The notes beneath the pieces were generated by a model, which worked only from the letters and a program-made list of their open reading frames with translations, did not search any database and had not been told where the DNA came from. A DNA stretch of 63,974 nt, filler included, from Blastocystis sp. subtype 4 (lineage: Eukaryota), in assembly GCF_000743755.1 (NCBI RefSeq). It is 4 parts of 4 records of this genome, joined end to end, with 100 filler letters (N's around TTAATTAATTAA, not from the genome) between each part and the next. Parts side by side here need not be neighbours in the genome. Positions count along the whole stretch, not along the records: positions 1 to 18,180 come from NW_014569329.1; positions 18,281 to 36,448 come from NW_014569328.1; 2 more parts are not named here. One strand, given 5' to 3'. This document shows, in pieces, positions 12,072-23,581 of this stretch. Each line of letters begins with the position of its first letter. Within the stretch, counting starts at the first letter, position 1. The translations under genes were made by a program, and so were the position numbers.

Positions 12072-12315
12072 ATGCCTATGCAAATTGTGTTTCCCATCGT
12101 GATGGTGGGAGTTGGTGTTTCGGCAGCTGCTGGCCTTGTAATGGTCTGTAATAAGCTTCAGTACAAGAAGGTACGTTGAGACCTTTTGAATATGATTTTT
12201 GTAGATGCGCAGACCTGTAATGGCCGATGAGTTCGATGACGGTTTGTGGGAACGCGATAAGTGGGTTCGTCAACAGAACAAAATAAATCGAGAACTACGT
12301 TCTCAACTTGGATAG
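12072..12315 (+). CDS. NDUFA1: Complex I accessory subunit NDUFA1 (MWFE)-like
   Basis: One intron; MPMQIVFPIVMVGVGVSAAAGLVMVCNKLQYKKMRRPVMADEFDDGLWERDKWV.. gives ~70 aa with an N-terminal TM and the D-x-x-x-x-ERD motif. Confidence 0.7.
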
Positions 12316-12462
12316 GAAGGAAGAGATTCATTCCTTCTAGCTAATCGAAATGTGTGATACTTGGATGTTTGTTGTATTTGTTAACAAAGCCGTTTGAGCC
12401 CAATATTTGTTGCAAAGGAATCATAAAATAACCAATACACAATTGTAGAAATATAATAGTCA

Positions 12463-13396
12463 CTACTTATGTACATCGAGTGTACCAAATAGATTTCCAT
12501 CATAAGCTGACTCTTCTTTATCGGCGTAATATTGATCTCTTATTTTGAAGAATGTCTCTGCTGTCAGCCTACTATCACTTCCAGATTGATGCATGACACC
12601 TCTGCGCTGAATCTACATGATAATTAAGACAGAAAACGATTACATTCAATTGATCTGCGAGTTTGTTCAATCCACAATTCACGAAATTGAAATCCTTCAA
12701 CATAAACTTGACATCAAATACATGAGGAAAGAAGATTCGGAGAATTTGATTAAAGTCTTCTTTGCGATCTGGAAGTTTCTGACCTGTCAAGAGCTTTATC
12801 AGATACGCAAAGTCGTAGTCACCATGAAAAGAGATCCATCGAATCTTGTTGTTCAGAACCAGACCTGACATTGTCAAAAGTTCACTGAAACGAATGGGAT
12901 CGATACCTCGCGAACTGTGAGCAGCAAAATCAAATCCAGAACTGACGAGTAATTGCATTGAACCCTTGTTAGACTCGTCATTCCTTCGTTTCAACTATTC
13001 AACCACACACCTACTCAGGATCAAATTGGAAATTGAATTGCCATGTTGGATAGTCCTCAACAATCCTACCATCGGCAGTACATAAGGTGATACCAAGCTG
13101 GATGATTTTTAGCTTATCAACGTTATTCTTAAGGATACTATATTCGAAAATATTGGCGGATTCATCTGAACCAGGATAGCAAACCCCAGGAAACTCAGTA
13201 TCCTGTAATATAACGGATTTCAACAATATCATACCATAGCAATGTATGGATACATCTCAGAAGCCTTCATAAGGCGATCCATCTCCTCTTCTAGGTTTGA
13301 ATCCCACACATTCTGTAAGTCTAAGTGCTCTCCATTTTTAGGCACATAGTCAACTCCTAGTTCGCTGTTTCGAAAAGAACGAGATGCTGGTAGCAT
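12463..13396 (-). CDS. CAF1: CCR4-associated factor 1 deadenylase (CNOT7/8)
   Basis: VWDSNLEEEM, IAMDTEFPG, LKIIQLGITL, WQFNF, WISFHGDYDFAYLIK, HQSGSDS. Confidence 0.93.
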
Positions 13397-13619
13397 TAAT
13401 CTATCAGTAACATACAGAAGCTCATTCTTACCAATATCAATATGTACAGCACAAATTACAACGCTTTATAAACAAATCAGGATCGTCTCCCACCAAATGA
13501 CAGTTTTTGGAGTGAAAAAAGAGATCGGGAATTCCAGAACAATAACAAATTTCTACGTCAAGAGTTCATCACAACGAAGATCCTTTGTAACCAACAAACA
13601 TAAGAAAACACACATCACT

Positions 13620-14356
13620 TTAGCAGCAGCCCTTCTTTGACCGTGTCTCCGTAGAAGGAGTTACTGCATCATCTACCTAGGATTTTCATTCCTATATATC
13701 TACCTGTCATTTCTACCTCCCAAATATCGTCAAACACAATCACAGAGTCCAAGAGACGTGTCATACACTCAGTGATGTTCTCTCCAGTCTTAGCCGAAGT
13801 CTACAATTACAATATCACAAATAATCCCACTCTAAACCAAGTTGTAATTCCACACTCTTTACAAACAGTAGTAATAGCTTCCTCACTAAGCGGATTCTCC
13901 GTAATATCACACTTATTCACAAGCAAAATCACTGGCAAAGGCTTGCCATTTGGAAGAAGCGTCTTTTCTCCAATCTGACTCTTCCATTTCTTTACATTTT
14001 CCAGGGTCTCTGGGTTTGTATTATCACAGACAATGAAAGCTGCATGGGAGTTGCGATAGTAAACCTAGACCAATGAGCTCTTCGATTTTCTGAAACTACT
14101 CTTGAAATATTCTGAAATCTATCCTGACCTGCAATATCCCACAACTGCATTCGGTACGTAATGTCTCCCTTTTTCACTAATTTCAACGTGAAATCAACGG
14201 TAGCTGTCGCAATGTGCTGCTCGGAGAAGTCGGAATATACATATCTAAGCAGTCTTCAGAAACACAAATCACTTACTGCTTGATGATAGATGTCTTTCCT
14301 GTCGCTGCATCTCCTAAAAACAGGATCTTCACCACTCTTTCCACCGGAACAGACAT
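13620..14356 (-). CDS. Rab GTPase, Rab32/38/Rab7L1-like
   Basis: GDAATGKTS, LWDIAGQDRF (WDIAGQ is typical of the Rab32/38 group), LLVNKCD, TSAKT, C-terminal GCC. Confidence 0.85.
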
Positions 14357-14487
14357 GATTAGTGACTCTACAAATCACTGTGAACTATTAGATTGGAACC
14401 CAAACACTCTAATTACTATACTAGAATAAATAAAAGAGTGAACATAAGGATTGCCAGAAAACAGGTCGATTTGTAGTAGTCTCAGAA

Positions 14488-15591
14488 ATGCTGGAAACGA
14501 GTACCAAGGATAGTGATAACGTAGAGCGTCGATGTGTCATTATCAAACCGGATGGAGAGATGGAGGAAACGTTGGTCCAGATCACCGACAAGGAAGCTGT
14601 TGCCAATATTGTCGGTGGAGAAGCAGAATTCAAGGGTGAGCTGGAAGGACAGCGAATTGCTATTCTTGGGTAAGATCTGAGGGTTGTGTTGACTTTTAGT
14701 GCCAAAGAGACCGACAAAATGGATGTAAATGATCTTGGATTTGTGTTAGTACCCGATCATGGACCATTGAAAGGTGTATTACTGGCATTTGCTCTCGGAG
14801 AGAATGGAAAACCTATCGATCTGAATTTAACTCGTTTCCGTCGTTCAAAGAAGAACTTGCGCAAAAGACAGAACTCAACACCCAAGGAAAAGGAAGAGAA
14901 AGAAGAGAAACTAACAGTTGAGGAGGACACAGAATCACTAGAAGTGTATGTGCAAGGAATGCCTTATGAAACAACGGAAGAGGATGTTCGTTCCTTTTTC
15001 GCAGAATGTGGAGATATTCAAGAAGTCCGACTATCTTAGTATATTCAATTCCTATTTGTGAGATGTAGTTATCATGATTCTGGTAAGTGTCGTGGATATG
15101 GATTTGTACGGTTTTCGTCTCCAGAGGAAGTGAAATTGGCTCTACAGAAAGACAAGGAACACATGGGCACACGATATGTGAATGTTTCTCTTCCTCATAA
15201 GCGTGAAGCAACAGTTCCCAACAAGGATGTTGTTGTTCCACTGGACTGCAAATCTATATTTGTAAAGAATCTTCCCTACGAAGCAGATGAAGACAGTGTG
15301 AAAGGAGTGTTTATGCGGTTTGGAAAGATTAGTAGTGTTCGTATTCCCCGCCATATGGATACAGGACGTCAGAAGGGAATTTGCTATGTCGAATACTTGA
15401 ATGGTCAGAGTGTAAAGCAAGCCGTAGCCATGAGTGGAATTCTGGAAATGCAAGGGAGAAAACTGACGATTGATGTTGAGACAGGGAAACCCAAGAATTC
15501 TTTTCGATCTAGCGATGGACGTCTCTGGTCACATGTTCAGAAGCGTAGTGGAAGTCAAGTCAATCGGGGAAAGAAGCAAAAACAAGAATAA
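14488..15591 (+). CDS. Two-RRM nucleolar-type RNA-binding protein
   Basis: VYVQGMPY / RGYGFVRF and IFVKNLPY / KGICYVEY RNP2/RNP1 pairs; K/E-rich linker. Confidence 0.85.
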
Positions 15592-16119
15592 CCTGTTTGT
15601 TGAAACGTAGAAAATGATTTGTAATCAGCCTTCGTTGAGTTATGGATTGAGATATTCATTGTTTCTCTCTATACTAACCGCCTACTGTTACGAATATCGC
15701 TTTCTGTCGTCATAGAACAATCTATGGTGAAATCACCTGTTCTCCATATAATTTGATTATTATCAGGTTCTACACTTCTGTGACATGAAATATCCTCTTG
15801 CTAATAGTTATTTGAGTTGTCATTTTCTACCACATTTTCACCTCCAGGATTTCGTAGAACACGACCTATCACCACCCAGTATTCAATACTATATTTATTA
15901 TGCCAAAAAAAATCCTCACAAGCAATACATATCGAAAGAAAGTACATAGGCGGTATTACTCTATATGGCTAATTACACATTCCTTCTTAATCCTATGAGT
16001 ATTAGAGTATCTTACGATTTGTGTTGTGGTCCACCTGTATAGTAATCATTCGATATTTGATTACCAAGAACCACTATTCCTATCAGCGAAACCCTTCCTT
16101 CTTCCTTCACAATTCTTTA

Positions 16120-18180
16120 ATGAGAGCATTGTTAGGCTTGGTAGCATGTTGGAATTTTCCTCTTTTGTTTGATTTCTAGTTGCTGTGGCTACTTCTATTG
16201 TTTGCGACACCGATAAGGTATATGCAAAAATCACGAAGATGTCCATGGAGTATGCAGATGAAGAAGATTTTATGATTTCCTATGGGGGCCAAGGTATCTA
16301 TTATGCTCCGTCTTTAGTTGACGATGAGGAGAGAGTTATTGAAACCTGTCTTCAGAATACGCCTAATCAGCAGTATACACTCGAATTGTACGATTATTCG
16401 TCTGATAGTTGGACAAGCGGAGCTTGGATTTCCATTCAAGGTATTAATGGAAATGTCGTTTTAAAAACAATGATGACTGAAGAATATGAAGAGTATCACC
16501 CTCTGTCACTTTATTCACCCATCAACAAAGGCTCTTCATGGAAGTTCACCAACAGTGCTCCTGATGCATGGAAGGAGTCTAGCTATATTGATAGTGAATG
16601 GACTACATACACGCCAGGTGACACTTCAATCACTTCTTCAGGTACTCAGTACTATCGACATCAATTTGATGGAATTCCCAATATGGCAGCTATTGAAATC
16701 CAGTTTAAATACAAATATGGTATTGTTGCCTATATCAATGGTGCTGAAGTTTTCCGTGATAACATGCCTTCAGGTACTATTGCTAGTAATACTCCGGCTT
16801 CAGGTAGTTATCAAACTGTTGATTATCATGGTGTTATTCGTTCTGCCTCAGTAGCTCAGGCTGCAGGAGCGATTCTTGCTGTGGAGATTCATCTTACTGA
16901 AGATGGTGCTAATACATTGGAGTTGGATGGATTCATTTCCTATGTTGCAGGTATAAGTTCATCAAATCAGTGTTTTATCGTTCCTTTGAATTCAGTTGAG
17001 ACTTCAAGTGCGTTTACTGATCTGGAGTACCTTCACTGGTATCGTGAGGATTATTCGGGTATTGAGTCTTCAAACTTACCTGCTTCATTTATTATTGAAT
17101 ATCCTGGAAATGTGGTGCCTATGGTGAATGCTCTTCGTATGTGGCCTTATTATGAGACTCGAGTTCCTCACACTTTCAGTCTTGAAGGTGCTGCCTCGAG
17201 TTCTTCTCCTTACACGACATTGATGAATCCCACCAATGTTGAGTATGAAGAGGAGATCTGGAAACAGTTCGTTTCGAGTCATGTCCCTGGCAAATACAGT
17301 CATTATCGATTTACTGCAATAAGCACTGCTCACTCTGCTACGGAGATCTATGGATTCCAGTTACTTGTCTGTAACATGCCTGATTCTCCTACTCTTTCCT
17401 TCCCCAATTCAACTTACACCTTCTTCAGTAAGTATGATACAGTGAGTATCGCTCCTACGGTCTACGGAATATCCAATTGTACTTCCAATCCTTCTCTACC
17501 TGCTGGTCTTTCTCTGAATCCTGATAATTGTGTGATTACAGGCACTGCACTCGAATCTAGTGAAGCAGTTACCTACACAATTAGTGCTTCTACAGGCGAA
17601 TCATCTGTTTCAGGTACTATCACCCTCACTTTTACAGACTGTGCAGGAACAATGATTAAGATCAATCGAGTCTATGGCTACTCCCCTTCTGCTGAAGGCT
17701 TCCGTATTCGAAATACTGTAACAGATGAGATCTTGTTAGATGTTCCCATTGGTCATACCCATCCTGCTAGTATCACCTGGATTCATTATTTCTGCGTGAC
17801 TGCGGATCGATTCGATGTTACTCTCTACTCCAGCAATACATACTGGTCTTCGTATTCGTATTTGTATCTTTACGGACTGCTACCTGAGGGTCAAACTGAA
17901 TTGCTATTGAAGGCTCAATTCGATGATAGACAGAACAATGATATTGAGTATTTCTTCCGTCGTCATGTAATTCGTGATTCAGAACAATGGTATTATAAGA
18001 TGGGTGAAGTACCTACCAATTGGTTTGGTGATGATACATCAGGTTGGTCTCAGGCTTCTCGAAGTACCTATCCTGATTCTGCAAATCGTATTCAGTTGTA
18101 CAAGAAGACATTCAACATTGCCTCATTGAATGAAGTGTCTGGATTGATTGTATCGATTCGATACAGATATGGAGTGATTG
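16120..18180 (+). CDS. Large secreted/surface protein with repeated beta-sandwich modules and putative Ig (He_PIG-like) domain; truncated by gap
   Basis: Spliced signal peptide MRALLGLVAFAVAT; YYRHQF..YKYGIVAYINGAEVFRDNMP module repeated as LYKKTF..YRYGVI; LPAGLSLNPDNCVITGT. Confidence 0.7.
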
Positions 18181-18280
18181 NNNNNNNNNNNNNNNNNNNN
18201 NNNNNNNNNNNNNNNNNNNNNNNNTTAATTAATTAANNNNNNNNNNNNNNNNNNNNNNNNNNNNNNNNNNNNNNNNNNNN
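18181..18280. other. Artificial contig-join linker (N-padded TTAATTAATTAA)
   Basis: The same 100-nt pad occurs three times; its core has stop codons in all six frames. Confidence 0.97.
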
Positions 18281-18281
18281 A

Positions 18282-18554
<273 letters not shown>

Positions 18555-18874
18555 ATGGGACTGGTGTTTATCAATACCGCAACATCCTGTTTGTTATAAC
18601 CACTGTCATGATAAGCAATAGATTCGTTATTTCCATGTACATTAGGATATGTATAAACCAATGCCAAGATTTCATGGATTGAACTCATTTGTAATTTGTT
18701 TTCGATTCCCCGTTGAGATAGTGATAGACTCATCTTCGAATCAGAATCAATCTATGGGCACTCCAAATAGTACTTATTCACTCTTTCATAATAGGGCCCA
18801 TAATAAGGGTCTATTATAAATTAGGGTACATGCATCATCATCATCTTGAGAAAGAACATAATCCCTTTGTAAAC

Positions 18875-19113
18875 ATGACTATTGAAACTGATATCATTCA
18901 ACCTGTGAAAGACTTTGTCAGAGATAGTAAATTCCTTGTCAATCGCTGTACGAAACCCGATAAGAAAGGTAGGATCCAAACCGGTTGTCCTAATCAATAG
19001 AATTCACGCAAACAGCTACTGCTACTGCTGTAGGATTTGTTGTGATGGGCCTCGTTGGATATTTCGTGAAGTTGATTCATATTCCAATCAATAACATTCT
19101 GATTGGTGCTTAA
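18875..19113 (+). CDS. SEC61G: Sec61 translocon gamma subunit (1 intron)
   Basis: [49 protein letters not shown]. Confidence 0.95.
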
Positions 19114-19257
19114 ATTACACCGTTGTTATGATATTATGGGTATGCGGGGTGGTTGCTTTTCTTGTCACATTCGATTGTTTGTTGAAATCCGTTTCTCTGA
19201 ATTTGATCCTTCCGTGTCGTACTAGTCTGTATACTAAACACTATTGATTCTATAGAA

Positions 19258-21144
19258 ATGGCTGACCATTCAAGGAGAAGATCCAGAAGTCGGAGTTCGA
19301 GTCGAAGTCATGACCGACATCGCTATCGTGATAGTAGTCCAAGTGTTCATCGTTCTCGACGTCATCATCGCTCGAGTCGAGAACGTAGCGAAGACAGGAG
19401 TCGTCGACGCAGTGACAGAAGTGAATCAAGAAGAAGAAGTCATCATCATCGAACTCGTTCCAAAAGCCATTCTCCTTTGCCATCACGACATGAGAATGAT
19501 GGAAAGGGTACAACAAATGCATTGAAACAACAATTGGAGTCTTCAACAAAGAAGGTGGAGAGTTTGCAAGACTCATCGCAATTTCTTCTTCCACTGAAAA
19601 CAATTACAATGCCGAAGAAAACATTCCGATTCGATGATAAAGGAAGAGAGATTAACGAGTTTGGTGAAGTTGTTGAAACTGCTATTATTAAGCCTGTGGC
19701 TACTCTTGCAATTAATCAAAAGAAGCAACAGAAGTCTCAAGTCAATCCGTAATCCCTCATTCTCTATGTGATGTGTAGTTATCTTTCCACGTATTCTCCA
19801 TCAGGGAGTTCGAAGCCCAAACTGAAGAATCGTGCAATTATGGATCCCCGAATCAAGACATCACTCCATGATGTACGTAGAAAGAAGGAATTCAACTTCA
19901 TCAAAGAAGGTACATTCCTGAAACGCGCAGAGGAAATGAGAGCTCAAGAAGTACGTGCGACTATCAGTCAGACCACTCTTGCAGAAACTATTGAGCCAAA
20001 GTCTGTGACGGAGAAGAAGGAGGAAGCTGAGACTCCAATCAAGGACCCAACTGCTCTTCCTCCACCTCCACACAATCCTGTTCCTGTGATGGAGTGGTGG
20101 GATTATGATCTGCTTCCTGAAGACATTTCTAAAGCAGCCAAAGCAGGTGAATATGAAGATGATGTGAGTTTCAACATGCTGAGTCTGGATCATTGTATCA
20201 CGAAAGAGTTATTATTGATTTATTTACTGATATCTAGAGTTATTGAACACCCTGTAGTCGTGGAGAGAAACAAGTTACCTCCTCCAAAGCCATTACCATT
20301 AATGTTGACAAAGAAAGTGAGAATGAAGAGAATAATTGAGAAATAGGAGAGAAAGAAACAACGTCGTAAGAATCGAGCTGAAAGAGAAGAAGAGAAGCGA
20401 ATCAAAATTCAAGCTGGTCTTCTTCCTAAACCTGAAATGAAGCTTAATTATCGTAATTTCAAACAAGTATTAGGAGCTGAAGCTACATTGAAACCCACAT
20501 GGGCTGATAATCTAGTTAGAGAACAAATTGAGAAGCGAAAACTCGCTCATCAGATGCGTAACGAGGAACGGTATGGTTCATTGTCTTGCTTGATCCATAG
20601 CAAACTCACACCGCAAGAAGCAGCGGAAAAACGAGAACGTAAAGTGATTGGAAGTAAGACAGGAGAGTTGGAAGCCTGCTTGTTCCGTATTGAATCACTC
20701 TCGGACAAGAAACATCGTTTCAAAGTGAGTGTCAATGCACAGCAATATCATCTTGTTGGTAGAGTAGGGTCTTTTTGGAATGTCTGAAATAGTGTCTAAT
20801 TGTGCCTTCAGTTCGATGTGTGATGGTATATGTGGAAGGAACGAAGAAGGCAATGCGTCATTACTTGAAGCTATTAACACATCGTATTGACTGGTCGGAA
20901 CGACTTCCTGTGGAGAACCCAGAGGAGAATGACGATTCCACTCCCAATGCATGTACTTTGCTTTGGCAAGTTTGATTTGGATTAGGTACTTAGATGTAGG
21001 GAACAGTCAAACAGTTCCATTTTAAAGAGTTTATTATGAAGGATTGTGATAGTGATATTGAAGCAAGACAGGAGATGGCAGAGAAGTCATTAGTACAACA
21101 TTGGGATTCAGTTGTAAATTATGTCCCTGAAATGAATCGTTTGT
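19258..21144 (+). CDS. PRPF3: U4/U6 snRNP protein Prp3 with N-terminal RS domain; stop possibly completed by poly(A)
   Basis: PVMEWWD, IEHPV, PLMLTKKERKKQRR, HQMRNEERKLT, HRFKVSVNAQQYHL, LLWQG. Confidence 0.92.
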
Positions 21145-21236
21145 TGCCTGTTTGTGAGATAATTAATAATGATTTTTGATTGGTCGAAAGTCATGTGAAT
21201 TGGGAAAACAGTCTTACGATCAAATCTAAGAATAGA

Positions 21237-23486
21237 ATGAACGTTCTATCGGCTTCACAGCTGAGTAGGTCATGTTTGTCCCATAATATCCAGATTCCAT
21301 AACGAAATTCGTGGAATCGATGGGTGAGAATTTTGTGTTCGCTACCAACGTTGAAAAGCAGCACAAGTATGGATGAATAGAGTGGTATATTTGTAGAAGA
21401 AAGCAACGTATTGAGAAACGTGTGGTGGTAATTACTGAATTTCGAATAATCACCTTACGAGCAGGACTGATGACAGGATACCGAGTAATGGATCTGGACT
21501 TGATATGAATTGTAGCTTGCAAGAGAGGGATTACTCATCGATCTCACCCTTCTGGCTCTGGATGATTCTGAAAAGGTGACAATCGAGTTTGATAATTGGG
21601 GGATCATGTTCCACACACTGCATACGGAACAGTTCCTTTCTAATCTACTGAATCGATACAATTCAATATGTTCCCTTATTCCCATGGAGCAGAGAGCAAC
21701 GGTTCAAGTGAATATCCAGTTCCTTTGTCATAGTACTCTCGTTCCTAGTGCTGAAAAACCATGTGCTTTTGATCCTGACAAAACCAAGTACAGTGAGGCC
21801 CTGAAGATCATGCAATAGTTTGTTATATTAGTAACTCGTAGGTATGCTGTTATGTGCAATAAGTATGGAACCCAGCCGTTCATCGATATCGAAGAGAATC
21901 TTCTGGATCGTTTTATGTTGGGCAACAAATCAGTCATTATTGACTCTTCAAATCGAAATCTTGATTCTCAACAATGTGCAGCTATCATTGAGACTCTTCG
22001 TTATGATCAGTAGATGTGATTTAGGGAAATGAGAGTTAGATGGTTTGAATCCCTCACAGTTCGTGATATTCAAGGAATTGATATGATCATTCCAGCACTG
22101 GGAATAATGCTCTCTTCTAATGTGACACTCAAATCACTAACAGTTCAGAAGATTAAGACAACAGTAAAGGTATTTCAACATCCCTCTCCTCAGATATAGG
22201 CTCTCTCATGTTTCATCAATGCTTTCAAGAAGAATCCAAATAGTGGATTGGAGTCTCTTACCTTGAGTGACCTCCCATTCACCAATGAAATGATTGTGGA
22301 ACTGCTACCTGTTATTCCCTCAGTTACAGAACTCTCCTTTGCTCACTGTCTCATGAATCAGAGTGTGATGGTTCATTTCTTCCAGACCCTCAAAGAGTGT
22401 CCAAGTCTGACTAAAAGACTACAATCTCTAGACATCGCAGACAACACTCTTGGACCTGATGGATCTACTGCCTTAGCTACATGGATGAATGAAGTTGTGC
22501 CATTGAATCTGTCTTCCATTAATCTCGCAGGAACAAATCCCGTGTGGCCTGTTGTCATTACAGCACTCCAGAAACGAGAGATCATTGTGCGACAGCTTGA
22601 TATCTCAAGAAATCCTATCTATGATAAAGTATTCAGTGTCTTAAACCCTTTTATTGCTGGAGGACATGTGGTTAGTTTAGGAGTAGGAGACCTGAAAGGA
22701 GACATGATTATGACTGAAGGACTATGTGGATCGCTTCTTCTTAATGTAAATCTCAAAGCCACTACTCTGATTCTTGATAATACACCGATGGACTGTAATA
22801 GTGTAGAAACAGTATTACAAATAGACCGCTTCCAGGAACGATTGATCTCTCTAGTTGCTCAGTCCCAGTCCCTCGAAGCATTATCCATTAAGAACTGTCA
22901 GATGGATGATGCCTGTATCAGCATGCTCTGTGATGTCCTCGTGAAGTACACCAATTGTAAGCTTAGAAAACTTTATCTCGATGGAAATCTACGCATTCCT
23001 GAAGTTGGAAAGTGTACGTAACCCTTGTATTCATCAATCCAAGCTTCTGCTATGATTGCTACGCTTCTTAAGCAGTCGAAAACACTAGAAACCTTGTCCT
23101 TGTCAAGTTGTCATGGTATTCTTGTATCCAAAATTGCAGAAGGACTTCAGGCATCCACTTCGATTCAACATTTCTTCATGAATGAGTGTGGTTTGATGGA
23201 TGATGACATCAAACAACTATGCACAGCGGTTCAGAACCACCACTCGTTGAAGACCCTCTCTCTCGATAGCAATAATATAATGTCTGCAGGGTTTAGTTCC
23301 ATTTGTGCCATGCTGAAGACGACTCCATCCATCACAAACATGGGCTATTTACGTTCCCTTCCAGAGGTAACCATAGTCGAATCGAATTAACTCCAGATTG
23401 AAAGTATGTACAATGAAGAAGATCGTGAAAAAGTCAAGGCATCCAGAAGAAGTGCATTTACGATTATGATGCAACATTCTCATTGA
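21237..23486 (+). CDS. CARMIL-like PH + leucine-rich repeat protein
   Basis: N-terminal KRVVVITEFRIITL (PH-like), then YAVMCNKYG and IIETLRYDQWFESL (cf. CARMIL AALEYNQWFTKL), followed by RI-like LRRs. Confidence 0.7.
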
Positions 23487-23519
23487 TCTGTTTCTTGATG
23501 AAGAATAGTTTACTCCAAA

Positions 23520-23533
23520 AGAACCGCGGTTCT
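23520..23533. promoter_or_regulatory. 14-bp palindrome AGAACCGCGGTTCT upstream of AP-3 delta
   Basis: Identical to the element at 12021; ends 48 nt before the ATG at 23582. Confidence 0.5.
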
Positions 23534-23581
23534 CGGTTCATTGTGTTTTCTTGTCACAAAACCCATAAAAGAGAAGAAGAA

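Noticed and set aside
18181..18280. TTAATTAATTAA repeated at three loci as a biological repeat or insertion site
   Set aside because: It is always centred in an identical N pad and is a six-frame-stop assembly linker. Gene adjacency across these joins is unreliable.
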